Counted from the first letter of the stretch, positions 11,532 to 25,776 are shown. The stretch: DNA of 64,000 bases from Octopus vulgaris (GCA_951406725.2 OX597814.1:13950001-14014000), one strand, 5' to 3'. A program made the numbers and translations. Notes: generated by a model from the sequence alone, not told the origin.

Positions 11532-11815
<284 letters not shown>

Positions 11816-12739
11816 AAGTTATTGATCATTAAACCTAATGATCCGTTGAGCAACATTCTTTCATAGGGAAAATTTATTCACTGAACGTACAAAGTTTTTC
11901 CTACATAGAGTATCTGATGTAGAGACGAAGTTACATGCATGTGTAAGGAATTTGCCTGCATACATTTAAAGGTAGAATAAACATTACTATCCAGTTTATA
12001 GTAATTGTCATCAGCGATAAGAATTCCTTGCTTGCAAAAGGTATTTTTGCTAATCATTAAACGCTTCCGGAATGTAACTTATATCACAGTTCTGAAAGTT
12101 CTCATATACTTTGAAAATAGAAACTTAGAATACGTAACTTTCTCCTGGGAGATACTCTAATCGGACATTGAATGCAATACATGAACTTATCAGTTATCGT
12201 TGAAATTGGTATGTGTTACACGGAAAAGTGAAATTTGCACAGACACTAAGCTTATACAGAATTAGAATGAATGTTTAACTAATATCTTGGTTATCTTTTG
12301 AAAATCAGTTTCTTGCAGACTTTGAGTGTAAGAGTCAGAACATTACTTTTAATGCAGTATTCCTAAATGTTCGTTAAGTCATGAATTGCATGATACAGAT
12401 ATTTTTCAAAAAGCTAACTTTTTGTATATTCAATTATCTTAAAAGTAACAAATCTACAGAATATCCAATCTGAACATTCGATAAATGTCAGTAAGATTCT
12501 GTTATCAAGACATAAATTCACGTTAGATGATGCACATTAACTGTAGCAACTCACTAGATATACGTGGTCAGGTGACAGAGTCATTTGAATGTCGAATACA
12601 ATTTCTATTCTCGTTTTCGCTTATCTGACTTCGAATCAACACCAGATTAGTTTTGCCCCCTGTATATTTGCGTTTGAGAAATTATGAACTATCGAACGTA
12701 GGTCACGATTCTTCTTTTACTCTACTCAGTATCACAGTT

Positions 12740-14857
12740 CGTTACATCTAGCAGAAATATGTTTTCTCTTGTTCGTTGGCCCATTTGATGTACGACAACG
12801 CGACAGTAATATGCATCTCATGTCGAGCCCTTGGTTCACCTGGTATAGTGGTTGGAAGGATGTCCTCTTTCGTTTTGAAGACACACATTCACATAGATTT
12901 TATCATCGTATACATAACTCTTTGGAAAGTATTTGGTGTTACCCTATACTAAAATTTATTACAATCATTTAGAGGTATTTATCGATAATAATTTTGAGCA
13001 TTCCTCATCAACTTGTACCTGCTGGCATGCTTCAGATAGGTCCAAACTTGAAAAAAACATTTTTGAACTACGGTCGTGGCAACGGGTAATTTTATGGCAT
13101 CAAACATTCGTTTAAACCTGTCGAAGAATCTGCACATACACGGATTTTATTATTTCCTGTCCTTGACATACATTGTTGGAGAAGACCATTCAGCGTAATC
13201 AATTTTTGAATTATACCCAAACTTTTCAAATCTATCCAATTCTTTGTTAACTTGTTTCAACGCTGCGAAAGATACAGTCCATATTAGTTTAAATATCAGT
13301 AGAGAATTTACTTTTACTTGGAACTTTGCTTTTGCTTTGGTACAAAGACATAATTCATCAAAAAACATTCTGGAAAAATTTATTTTTCTTTTTAATTCCA
13401 CCGCCAACTTATTTGTACTGGTGGAGGACTCATTCAGATTTTTACAGAAAAAATTATGGGAAGGTCCAATAATTTAAATAATTTTATAGAGCCTGCTCCA
13501 AGTAAATTCATCGTATTATTCAGCAAATAAACTTTGGCTTTTAAGGTTTTCACGCGAAATATGTCATCACTTACCATTTTGCCTTTAAAATGTAATTTTT
13601 TTCAGAACTGGAACGAGCAATTTTAAAAGTTTCTTTCAACCAAGGTTTGCGTAAATTATCGTGATATCACTGTCTGTATCCAATTGTAAAATGATATTCG
13701 CATTATTCATTTTTATGAACGGAAAATGAGCCTCGCTTTGATTTATTGTTGATAATATTTTTGGGCAGAAAATTTTCGATCGACCATTTGTTTTGGTTTC
13801 ACTCTATAATGTGAGCTTTTATGTCCAAGTTTCCCACTCTCAAAACGTTTTAGATTTCTAAAAAGACAGTTGAATTTAAAATGAAACTGTCTGCGCCCAA
13901 ACATTTGTTTTACTTTTGTTTAATCCACATGAATATGAGACCAACCTTTTTCTTCAATTATATCTGCGTCATGTCTTAAATTTATAATCCTCTGGCATTC
14001 CTCTGCTACTGTCTGTAGAGTTAACTTTTGGCCCCGTTCTAATCTCGCTAAAATCCGGGAACGTATATCTTCATCTTTACTTAAAATTAGCTCTTGAGAA
14101 AACTTGGGTATTTGAACATGTCCGCAGTTAGTTCAAATACTTTTAATTTTACACATTCTCTGTTTACAACCCCAGCATAGGTGACGAAACCTTCAGCATC
14201 TTTACTACCAAATTTAAACTCTGCCAGCGAGTATTGAACTGGGAACATCCTTCACAGAAAATTTTTGATAAAATATTAATTTTTTTTCTTTGAAACAATC
14301 TCACATGGTTACAATATTTTTCATGTTCGGCATCGGATAACTTTTTTAAAAGGAGTCGCACTCTTTTCTCTTAAGTCCAATTCATACGTTCTTCTTTGAA
14401 GATTTCTTTGTAACATTGAAAAAGGTAGTGAATGTACTACCTTCCTGCGGATTATAAAGGAATAGTCAAATGGAGTTCGCCAGAGCGTCCGGCGTGAACA
14501 ACTCTGAAATACTTTCAGTCTTGTTCTACATTGATTCCACTAGCAACAGTTTCTGTTGTTGCTGCTGCTGTTGTGGTTGCAACTGCACCACGCGGGCCAA
14601 CAAATCCACCATGTTAACGAGTTTTTCTTTGAATTCGCTCCAAAACTTTGGGCTGTCTGACACAAGCTTCTTCACAACTTTTATACCTTTGGTTACGATA
14701 TATGATTTTAAAAACGTGCGTTTAAAGTACAGTATTTCCAGACGTAATTTCCGAATACCACCACGTGAAGCTCCAACGCATTTCTCTACTTCAGCAAGAC
14801 ACGTTACTCGAAGAGTCCACCATGTAATTACACAGGTGTTTTGATGTCTATTACTAC
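12740..14857 (-). mobile_element. Degenerate, internally deleted Ty3/Gypsy LTR retrotransposon (gag, protease and RT remnants)
   Basis: gag-like RVRLLLKKLSDAEHEKYCNH, protease-like MQLDTDSDITII (~13600-13635), RT-like ELDRFEKFG..IDYAEWSSPTMYVK and KLDLSEACQQVQVDEECSKLLSINT; many stops and frameshifts. Confidence 0.8.
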
Positions 14858-14885
14858 AACCATGTATAAATATATATATATATGT

Positions 14886-14916
<31 letters not shown>

Positions 14917-15071
14917 CGTGCGTGTGTGTGTGTGTATAAATATATGGTTCAAATTTACAAAAACCAGAAGATAGAGACGCAAATATCAGAAGGGTGTGTT
15001 ATTGGTTTCACGGGCCTATACTCTTAGACAATGGATGAGAGGAAAAGAATGGAGAGCGATCAACAACACGG

Positions 15072-15140
<69 letters not shown>

Positions 15141-15144
<4 letters not shown>

Positions 15145-16416
15145 CATCCCATTAATAGTGTGGTTGTTTATACTTCTTTTATTCTTCAAATTTAAGATGC
15201 ACAAAGTACATTTATAATCTAAAATATACGCTTCTTCATTTTCTACAATGCACTTCTATCTATCTGGTAGATTTGCATGGCCCCCCTCTTCCAAAATTCA
15301 TTTGTTTGTGACAAAAAATACTCCTCCGGTACTGTTGTGACCCCATCTACAGAATTGATATTTCTCCCCCGAACTGATTTTGTAGACTTCAGAATAAGTG
15401 ATGATCAATTGGGGCAACGTCCGGCAAATATGGTGGCTGGGGCATCGTCTCCAATTGAATTGATCCAGGCTTTTGAATGTCATCTTCGCTGTATATGGCT
15501 GATCATTAGCCTGATGGAATAACACCTTTCGTCTCGTCTTAAAACCAAATATGGTTGTTTTTCTCCTAGCGCTGACTAAAGTCGCTGAAACTGCTCGCAT
15601 TAGATCTCATTTGATATCGTTTGGTTTGGATTTAAAATCAAAAGTGGAATAAACCCTTCATATCCCACTAAACAGATAACAACAACTTGCGTTTGTGAAG
15701 ACCTTTTTTAGCCTCAAGTGTCGGTATTTCTTCTTTTCATACCCACTATAATCGAGGCTTGACATTTTTATGGACAACTCATTTCTCGTTACCAATCACT
15801 ATTCGATCCAAAAATGGTTCATCCGTGAGACGTGACAGCAAAGTACAAGACACATTCACTCTCTGCGTGCGTTTAGACTCGAAAGATTTGTGAGGAACCC
15901 ATTCACCCAGTTTTCTGCCAGTTCCGGCATACAGGTTTTGATAAATGAGTAACTGACCAAATTTAACCTTATCTACTAGTTCGCCAACTGTTCCGATGGG
16001 GTTTTGTTCCACCAGGGTATGCAAGACGTCCTCGTCGAGCTCTACCGGATCTTCCAAGTCGAGGTTCGTCTTCGAAGGGACTCGGAATTTCTGGAACCAC
16101 CGTTGATACAGGCTTACGCTTATTGCCCAATCCTCATATAATGGATTAATATTCCTCACACTGTCCGTTGCGTTGTTGCCTTTAAAGCAACATATAAAGC
16201 AAAACATGTCGAATATGCTCCTTTGTCACTTCCATTATAGCTTCGGAAAAATAACTATTGAAATCAAGCTGCACACTTCAAAACTTGCACTATGTAAAGC
16301 CCAATGTAAAATTAATAGTTGCTTTTACAACATGTAGATGGAGGTAGTTTATTCCGCCCACACTCACTTTTATTTCACGCAATCAAGAAAACTGCATTAT
16401 TTATAGGTTGACACAA
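15141..16416 (-). mobile_element. mariner (DD34D) transposon, near full length, inactivated
   Basis: Imperfect TIRs (gggtcatcccattaatagtg / gcattatttataggttgacacaa) flanked by TA; transposase motifs WFQKFR, WVPH, FLDRIVIGNEK, HQANDQPY. Confidence 0.92.
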
Positions 16417-16908
16417 TATACAATAGAATAATAAAATAAAAGTTCTTGGTACAGTATCATATTTGAAAAACCTGAGAAGAGATGGATTTTGTGGAGATAA
16501 TTTTTATGTTAAAAATAATGCTTACAATGAGTTACAGTTGTTTGAGTTTCAAGCTTCAAAAAACCGTTTTCAAATTGCAAAATGTATGTTTTACTGATTG
16601 CTTAAACGGTGGAATGAACATATTCTAACATTGATTTCGTCATCAAGAGTACTCTTGAAGGTTAGTCTACTTCCAAGATGTTTCTTCCCAGATATTTCAA
16701 AGTTCTGGCCTAGGTCTATTTTAGTTGCTTATCGTGAATTATCACACTTGGATCGTGATTATGTTCTGCGTGGGGCACAGGTTATATATCGTAGTAACAG
16801 GAAAGGAACGAATGTCGATTAATCTCACGTGGTGAGTTATAATATATATAAGAAATTTAAAAAAAGGAAAATACACACACCTTACATAGTTTTCATATAA
16901 TTTTTAAT

Positions 16909-16943
16909 ATATCAACCGGTTTCGCTTTTGCTTTTCATGATAT
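16909..16943 (-). ncRNA. Degenerate minimal HHR-like motif
   Basis: atatc-ATGAAAA-gc(aaaa)gc-GAAA-ccgg-TT-gatat: perfect 5-bp stem I, core position 3 mismatched. Confidence 0.5.
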
Positions 16944-17228
16944 TATGGTTTACTTATTTGAATATGTATTTTCTTAAGAAGAAATTTTGTCCAATATGTG
17001 TGAGGATATGTACGAGGAATGACTTCACAAGTGAAAAAATAAGAGGCGGTAATTGGTTATCGTTATTATTATTATTGTTGTGGGCAAGGGAGATAACTGA
17101 TCACCTTTGGGTTAAGGGGAGAGGTATATATTTGTACAGACAAAAAAGGTTTCGAAAACCTTGTTTCGTGAGGGGATTTATTTACATAAATGTACTGCAT
17201 CAACACACACGCTCAAACACACGTACAC

Positions 17229-17259
<31 letters not shown>

Positions 17260-17261
17260 GA

Positions 17262-17620
17262 AGATAAGAAAATGGAGAAATACATCTAAATCAAATATCA
17301 ATTACCAGATAATACTCAATCACATACTTTATTAAACCACCACATAAGAGACTGTAGGGTTAAATATAAAATGCAGAACAAATCAGTGTACATAAAGGAA
17401 TGTACATAAAAAAGTGTACATAAAAGAGTAATGTTGTATAATAATTAGAATATATATAAAAAAGAATATAAATACAAGTAAATATAAATATAGGTATACA
17501 TTAGATCTTACAGTTGTTTCGGCCATGTCGATAATTATGTCTCATTTTACCAATATTAGCCCTTTATGGTTGGTCAATATATAGATATAAATGAGACATT
17601 AACAAAAATATCACAAGGCC

Positions 17621-17625
<5 letters not shown>
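17262..17625 (-). mobile_element. PLE terminal fragment between two (TA)n tracts; same family as the 58183-58687 arms
   Basis: Shares ataagaaaatggagaaatacatc...accaccacataag with 58190-58275; carries an HHR 3' half ggcc...long hairpin...ggcc-GAAA-caactg-TA. Confidence 0.65.
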
Positions 17626-17717
<92 letters not shown>

Positions 17718-17722
17718 TATAG

Positions 17723-17760
<38 letters not shown>

Positions 17761-20438
17761 GGATATAAGTGGCACATCCTTTGTAGACATGATGTCTAAT
17801 TAAGCTATTGTGGAATAAAAACCATACATTTTATCACTTTGTTTTTCATCGCCTAGTTTTGCTGTAATTTACTGACTGATATGACAAGCATGACTATGGT
17901 CAGCAAAGTAAATATATTTTACAATTATTTCAGTCTACATTCCAGCAAATGTAAAAACTGAATTTTAACATCTAATATTTTAAATATGGAATTAATTACG
18001 TTGACTTGACTATATTATATAATACGTTTCAATTATTTGCTGATGTATCACTGTTCAGGATTATGAACATCAAAGTTATGGAAACATTAATAGATCTTTA
18101 TGCAAGAAAATGCTTTGTGACAATAGCTCACTTATTACTCTATATTTGATTGCTGAAAATTGCTGTTTCCTGCATTACTATTTTTATTCTTGTTGGAGCT
18201 ACTTGTCTTCTATCATCTGCTCTTTGATTTCTCATTCTTGATTATCAACGGCAAATATTGCGGCCAATTTTTAATAATTTAAATTCTTTGCTTTGTATTT
18301 TCTGCTAGATTTTTAGTTATGTTTGCTATTCTGTACTACGTTTGGGATCTGTGTTCAGATGCTCTTACCTTCTCTATTAATATCTGTCTCTAATATTCTC
18401 AAAACGACTCTCTCTCTTTTTTCTGTCTGCCCTTATCTCTTTCCCTCTTACTCGCCCATCTCTCTCTCTCGTACTCTCTCTCTCTCTTACACACCACCCC
18501 TTTCTCCTTCCCTTTCTCTCTCAGTATCTTCTCATCATTGTTTCTTTAGATGATATTACTCCATGAATTTTACCATCTTGTTGTATACTAAAGGCATTTG
18601 TAAAAGGCATTTGAAGATTAATGCCAATATTCCCTCTGGTGAAAGTTTTACCTTAACAGATGACAAACTGTTAAACATTACGAATCAAGATTGCAATAAA
18701 TTCAATGATGGTAAAAGCAGTCACATTTATCATGCGTATATAAAGTAAATATGTGTGTACATGTGTGTTGTCTATGCGTGTGCGTGTAAGAATGAATATA
18801 TATGCAATCAATTTTGTAGTTCAACGTTTGTGATTTGTGTTAAGGTGCAATTTTATCCTCTAGTTCCACGACCTGCTAGCCTGTATTACATTTGAACCAG
18901 AACGTATTTGTGTAGCAGTTCTCACAGAAGATGACACTAACGAATCAAAATTGAAATCAAATATATTGGAAGCGAAATTCTCAACTAGAATCATGCCCAC
19001 TCTTTTATAAATGTATTGAGACACTTATATACTGATCTTAATATACATACTTGTGTTCACTATTTTTGCGACTTGGTAACATTCTCTTTGCGTGCATCAG
19101 AAAGAGTTTAATAATTGTAGTAGGTCAAGGATCACGGCACAGACAACTTGGTACCGTATTTGATTTAAATCTGACTCAAAACTGTTTTCTTTTCATCACG
19201 TTGCATGAAATTTTGAGTCTTTATTTATTCCAGGCGAACGAAACGTTGCAAGGTCTGGCTGCATATTGTAATATAAGAACCTATTGTGATGGCATCAGCT
19301 TATGAACCATCTGACATTTAATGCTGAATGACTTTTGGTCCCTGTATATGAGAATGAATAACGTCAGAAGTTATGTTCAAGGCATTTCAAATCAAGATTT
19401 CTTAATTATATAATTTGCACCACCATGAATATTCCAAGAGAATTAATGTTCCAAATATTTGAAGTCAGCAAAGATTTTCAAGGATATCTTTAAAGCTGTA
19501 CAATGAGTTTCATGTTCTCTAACACTCCTAAGCAATGCATATTGCAATTATGTTATGAATACATGCATCGATTTATGAATCGCATTTGAATTACATCCCT
19601 GTAAAGTATTTGTCCATATGCCATATTAGAGATATTGCATGATATATTTATACCATGATTTATAACGTGATAATAAATATAGAGTATGAGAAAATCCCCA
19701 CCATTTCTACAGTGACGATATTAAAATATGCTATTACAATCTATAGCTAAAGCTTCAAACAAACAATTAGCAGTAAATCGTAAGATAATCGTCCATGATT
19801 TTCCGCTGAATTGCTTAAGTTATAATATCCAGTCACGAACATCATTGACCAACGCTAATCTGTGTTGTTAATGCTAGGAGATAATAACTGAGATCCGTTG
19901 CATGAGGACAGCATACTAGACAATAAATACTGTTAAACTCAAGGCGTTGTAATAGGTCATAAAACAGAATCTAGCTAGGATTGTTCCAAGTAGATTGATT
20001 CTCGATTAATCGGAAACTACTGCATTACAAATGATTTTTTACAATTAGTCTAAAAATGCAGTGTCCCCGTGAGACACATTGCTCATTACCATAGGGGTTG
20101 CAATTTTTTTTTAAACACGTTCACAAAAGAGGTTTCCGTTATATTAATTCTTTCTTATTTAATAAAATTCATTAAAAACCTTTTGTTTGCTCATCAGTAA
20201 CAATATTTTTATTAATTAAATTATTGTCCATTATTTTTTTATCGAAATTTTTTGAAGTTCCTTATTTTTACATTTCTAACCGCGTCACACGCGGGCCTTA
20301 CTTGTGTTTAAAATTAACGGCGTTTTTGACAAGCCCAGAGTAGAATGTGGCGTTGGCCATGCGTGTAGAAGTGCATTTATAAGCGCAACGTATGCACATT
20401 CTATGTGAATACACACTCTCACACACACACCTGCACAG

Positions 20439-20474
<36 letters not shown>

Positions 20475-20499
20475 TTCTTTCTCTCTCACACACACATAA

Positions 20500-21745
20500 A
20501 TAGTGGTGACCAAAAAAGTAGCCCGGTATCCGTAGCATAGTGTAAATACAGAAATAAATGTATACATACGAAAAAGCAACCAGTCTGGTTGCCATGTGCC
20601 TTTGTGTTTTCTTTGCTTGCACAAGCGTGGCTCACTTGTCGATTGTTTACTACCTTATCCCCATTGCATTCTCGCCGCATTAGTTGATTGTAAGATTGCT
20701 TGAACCTTTCCAGCGCGATGACATATTCAGCAACGGAAAGAGTGGAGATTGTAGAAGCTCGAGTTAGGTAAATGCGTGAAATGTTTGAAGTAAATTTTCA
20801 GGGTTAAATATTTCCGGCACGGAAAACAATACAAATATTGCTTACCACGGAATACGCTACAGTATCAGTGCACAACCTGCGAAAACAAACAGACCCTGTG
20901 GTTCGAATGCCAGAAGTTACTCAGAGCATTCGTCAAATGATTACTCGAAGTCCAAAGAAGCTAACATGTAAATAGCAGCAGTCTCACATAAGCAGGAGAT
21001 CCCGTCAACGGATGTTGAAATGTCTCAAAAAGAAGCTATGTCTTTTTATATTTGTACAGCAATTAAAAGTGGATGACAAGAGCAAGCGAGGAAACTGCTG
21101 CACATTGCTTCTGAATAGCATTACCAATGGTGACAAACACCCTTTCCAGTGTACATTGAGTGATAGGGCATGGTTTCATCTCTCCGGTCACATAAATTCA
21201 CAAATGAAATGGTACTGGGTGCCGAAGAATCCTCATCCTCTCTACGAGCAGCGACACCTAAAACAAAAGGTGTGGTGTTCGGCGTGCTCATTCCGGAGGT
21301 CTACATGAGCATGTTGGACCAATTTTTTGTCCATTTCTTTGAAAGTGAAGGACAACAGTTCTTCCAAATGGAAGTCTTCATTTGCCACATCTATATGAGG
21401 TCTCTGCAGCGAGTCCATGGAATCCTCTCTCAGAAAGTCCACTACGTTCTCGAGTCATTTCAACATATGATTATTAGCACCGGGTACACTTCATGAGCAC
21501 GGTGTACAAAACAAAATCTGCACATAATGCAGGAACTAAGGAACAATATAAAACATTCGGTCGCCGCCACCGATGTCATTGTTTTACCGCCGAGTGTATT
21601 TAAACATGATTAGACGTGCACAGGTGTTTATGGATGCAACAGGAAACCATTTTCAAAATCTATATAAAGTGAGTCCTTTCCAGTACTTTTAAATTGATTC
21701 CTAGATTTACGATATGCAACGGAAATTGGTTCCTCATTTGTATCT
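20500..21745 (+). mobile_element. Tc1/mariner superfamily transposon, rosa/DD41D-like, decayed
   Basis: MTYSATERVEIV start at ~20718 and LSDRAWFHLSGHINSQMKWYWVPKNPH motif; imperfect terminal inverted similarity (ccgtagcatagtgtaaat vs atttacgatatgcaacgg). Confidence 0.82.
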
Positions 21746-21780
21746 AAGTATATGTATGTATGTATATGAATATGTATATC

Positions 21781-21880
<100 letters not shown>

Positions 21881-22058
21881 CTTTATTTTAAGCAGCAGAA
21901 AATTCAATAAAATCTGTTACTCTGAGTTTCTCGTTGCCGTTTATCAGACAGTTTTTGCTAGATTCTAAAAGATATTAGAATAAAGCATATTACTCTACCA
22001 CTGGTATTTGAGTACTCTATTTTTCCCCCTTGTTTCACATTTATGTGTTTACTCCGGT
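21881..22058. mobile_element. Two head-to-head PLE terminal fragments inside (TA)n; HHR-like motif at 21914-21951 (-)
   Basis: ctgt-CTGATAA-acg(gcaa)cga-GAAA-ctcagag-TA-acag; 21980-22058 is the reverse complement of 11581-11658. Confidence 0.7.
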
Positions 22059-22382
22059 ATATATATATATATATATATATATCTACATATATATATATAT
22101 TTATACATACTTATATACGTGTGTGTGTGTGAGTATAAAACCGCAGTGAGATAAGATGCAGTTCGTAAGTACATGCTCATATGCAAACATGCACACACAC
22201 ATGCACAAATATATACACGCGCGCGCGGACGCAGGCACGTACACATGCATGAGACTCGGAAACATTACAATTTAATACTGTCGTATAGATTTAGTACTAC
22301 TCTAAATAAGCTCACTAATTTCGAGCTTACGTAACACGTATCTCTCCTTAACTCTCTCTCCATATATATACACACGCGTATA

Positions 22383-22492
<110 letters not shown>

Positions 22493-22562
22493 AAATAGAA
22501 ATAGAAAGATGAATAATCTTGTTGCAGATTAATCCGTTTTTTCAAACGGATTTCCCTATTTC

Positions 22563-22642
22563 TTCCTGAAGAGAAAGACACAATATGGTCTCCTTATTCA
22601 ATCGGAATTTGGTAAATTGTGCCTTTCGAAACACGTGTAGAA
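22563..22642 (+). ncRNA. Type-I hammerhead ribozyme motif with long stem II
   Basis: ttc-CTGAAGA-gaaagacacaat...attgtgcctttc-GAAA-cacgtg-TA-gaa: 11 of 12 bp in stem II, palindromic stem III, GUA site; lies in a ~215-bp insert (22490-22703) between (TA)n tracts. Confidence 0.8.
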
Positions 22643-22706
22643 TGCAATAAAACGATTTCTGTTCAATCTTCGATCAACTCCATTTCTTCAATTCACTAAT
22701 AATATA

Positions 22707-22797
<91 letters not shown>

Positions 22798-22993
22798 TGA
22801 AAGAGAGAGAGAGGGAGATGCTTACATACTTTACTTATATACAGTCAATCTTATATACATATATCAATACATACATATATATATGTGTGTGTGTGTGTGT
22901 CTGTGTGTGTGTGCCTGTGTGTTGTTGTGTGTGTGTCTGTGTGTGTGGGTGCGTACTTGTACATATATCAGTGTTCTTGTAGAAGTTTGTGCA

Positions 22994-23215
22994 GGCATGT
23001 GGTCTACTGGTTAGGGTGTTGGAATGATGATCGTATGAATGTGGTTTCGCTTCCTGGATTGGGCGATGCGTTGTGTTCTTGAGCGAAACACTTCATTTCG
23101 CCTTGCTCCAATCCACACAGCTGGCAAAAGTGAGTAATCCTACGACTGATCGGCGTCTCGTCAAGCTTGGGAATATATGCGCTATGGAAACCGGGAAATC
23201 GTCCCTCATGAGTCT
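22994..23215 (+). mobile_element. Old tRNA-derived SINE related to family C
   Basis: A box-like tggtctactgg, B box-like gtttcgcttcc, followed by gttgtgttcttgagcgaaacact as in 60154-60537. Confidence 0.65.
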
Positions 23216-23219
23216 GGCA

Positions 23220-24700
23220 TTGTTGCTATTGTATTAATGAGAGCTGGACCAGTTCAGGTAAAGTAGTTGTGACGTAATGTTGTTATGTCTCCTGGAGTGG
23301 ATTTCTTTTAAAGACCTGGACGGATTTTCAAATGGATGCCAACATCATTTGTGCAATATTGATGGAATATTTTGCACATTACACAAATAATGTAGCACTC
23401 CCGGCGACATTGGAGAGAGTAGAGACTGAGTTTCCTTTTTCATTCGACCCCTATTGTCAATGCCTCTCATGCCGTCTATCTTTCTTCTTATTAACCTCTG
23501 GAGTGCTTCAAAGATTTGCTTCGTAGGGGGAGACCACAATGGGCAACAGTATTCAAGGTGGGGTGAGGCAAAAGTAGAGTAGAGAAGGATGACGGTGTGG
23601 GCATCTCTAGACTGGTAAGTTCTCAGAATCCAGGAGCACATCTTGCGGGCCAAGCCAACCTTGATATTTACGTTGGAACGCCAGGTTATATTGTTATAAA
23701 CAATTGCTCGAAGGTCTCTAGTGTTGTTTGATGACACTAAGGAATCGCCCGAGAGAAGAGCATATGGTAATTTCAGGAGTGTTTTCTTTTCGAAAGTGAA
23801 TAAAATATAACTTATCTTCATTTAGAAGCATATTTGTTTTCGCCTTTTGGACAACACCAAACAGATCCGACTGAAGGCATGTTCGATCTCCCATACCGTT
23901 TATGTCTTTCTGGAGTTTGGAATCATCTGCAAAGATTTTCAATATAGAATGTCTGATGACTTTACCTATGTCGTTGATGAAGAGGAGTGGGCCCAACACA
24001 GTACCTTGTGGGACACCACTACAGACATTGGCTGAGCTGGAACGTATGCCCTCAGACACAACATGCTGGTTTCTATTCGTAAGGAAACACTTTAGCCTCT
24101 GCAGCAGCTTTGCATGGACTCCAGTGTTGGACAGTTTCTTCAGCAGGATTTTATGGTTCACTCTGTCAAATGCCTGGCTGAAATCAAGGTGTATGATGTT
24201 AGTGTTGGAGCCTCTTTCCAGCTTTTACGATGTCATCAAAATGGTGTAGAAACTACGACAGGCAATCCCTGCCCTCACGGAAACCATGCCGGTTGGGGTT
24301 CACCAGATTCTTGTCTTCGCGATCTCACCACCTTCTCAAATACTTTAATTATATGAGAGGTAAGTAAAATCGGACGGTAATTAACTGCAAGAGATTTGTT
24401 TCCGTTTTTGAGGAATGGAACGACAGACTGGGAAAGAAAGCGACCAGAAATGAAGCCTGCAACAAGTAAGTTTCTCCATAGCTCAACTAGAGGGGGTGCA
24501 AATTGATGTCGACCCATCTTCAGGACAGTAGCCGCGAACTTATCGGAACTTACTGTCGAATAATGCTTTATCTTATTTATTTCTGTTAGGATATCAGGAG
24601 AGCCAAATTTTATGTCAGATATGGTTAGTTGAGGGTTCACATCACTGATACTAGCCCGATCAACCGCATTAGTGTTACTGAAGACAGAGCAGTATTGTCT
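23220..24700 (-). mobile_element. CR1-clade LINE ORF2 (RT) fragment, decayed
   Basis: NYRPILLTSHIIKVFEKVV, QHGFR, SGVPQGTVLGPLLF, IFADDSK, PHLEYCCPLWSP. Confidence 0.92.
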
Positions 24701-24914
24701 CTGCAGTATATGTCTTTTACATATCTACAAAGGTCTGCCATGATGTATTTATGTTGGCGGGAATGTGTGCGTGCGTGAGGCCCAATCAACTTGTGAAAGA
24801 TCATGATTTGTTGCATCCCAGTCTGCGTTGAGAAGATCCATAGACTCAAACTATATTGTGTATATATATAAAACGTATATAGCCCATTCGGATGCGCACA
24901 CACGCTAAGATAAA

Positions 24915-25228
24915 TATTTCAATTAACCTGAAGATTGACTGTAACCATAACTCGAATTATTACGAATTGTACAGCCATGAAACGATCGTAATGTTTTACT
25001 CTTTATCTTTTATTAAACTTTTAATACTTTTGATATATATTTAAAATAATATAAATTAATTAATGTTATGTATTGGCTTATGTTTTTCATCGTTTGATTT
25101 GCCTAATAGTGGTTTTATCTCTAATTTAATGTAATATAATATAATACATTTTACTATAAAATTGAATTTAATCCTAAATCTGATTTTTCCCTGTAAGTTT
25201 GGATTTATTCCCTAATATTTTATTATTA

Positions 25229-25235
<7 letters not shown>
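24915..25235 (+). mobile_element. PLE terminal fragment with HHR-like motif (24923-24992), ending in (TA)n
   Basis: ac-CTGAAGA-ttgactgt...acagccat-GAAA-cga-TC-gt; homologous to 1800-2020. Confidence 0.7.
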
Positions 25236-25274
<39 letters not shown>

Positions 25275-25334
25275 TTTTTCTTTAACTATTTTGAAATACA
25301 CACAGAAATAAATGAATATATATATATTTATATA

Positions 25335-25587
25335 TACTCTTTTACTCTTTTACTTGTTTCAGTCATTTAACTGTGGCCATGCTGAAGCACCGCTTTTGGT
25401 CGAGCATATCGACCCCAGGACTTATTCTTTATAAGCCTAGTACTTATTCTATCGTTTTCTTTTGCTGAACCGCTAAGTTACGGGGACGCAAACAAAGCAG
25501 CATCGGTTGTCAAGCGATGTTAGGGGAACAAGCACAGAAACACAAACATATACACGCACATACATATACACACACAAAAGCACAGAA

Positions 25588-25618
<31 letters not shown>

Positions 25619-25776
25619 CGACGGGCTTCTTTCAGTTTCCGTCTACCAAATCCACTCACATGGTTTTGGTCAACTTGGGGCTATAGTAGAAGACACTTGC
25701 CAATGTGCCACGCAGTGAGACTGGACCCGAAACCATGTGGTTCGTAAGCAAGCTACGTGCCACAGCCACTCCTACG

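Larger units (their letters stand above)
9848..11538. mobile_element. Tandem plus inverted array of a 561-bp non-coding HHR-bearing unit (candidate non-autonomous PLE derivative / non-LTR retrozyme)
   Basis: Left arm 9848-10568 (~1.3 units, period 9851 to 10412). Short inverted junction piece 10569-10615. Right arm 10612-11538 (~1.65 units, period 10641 to 11202) in the opposite orientation. (TA)n on both flanks. Confidence 0.85.
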
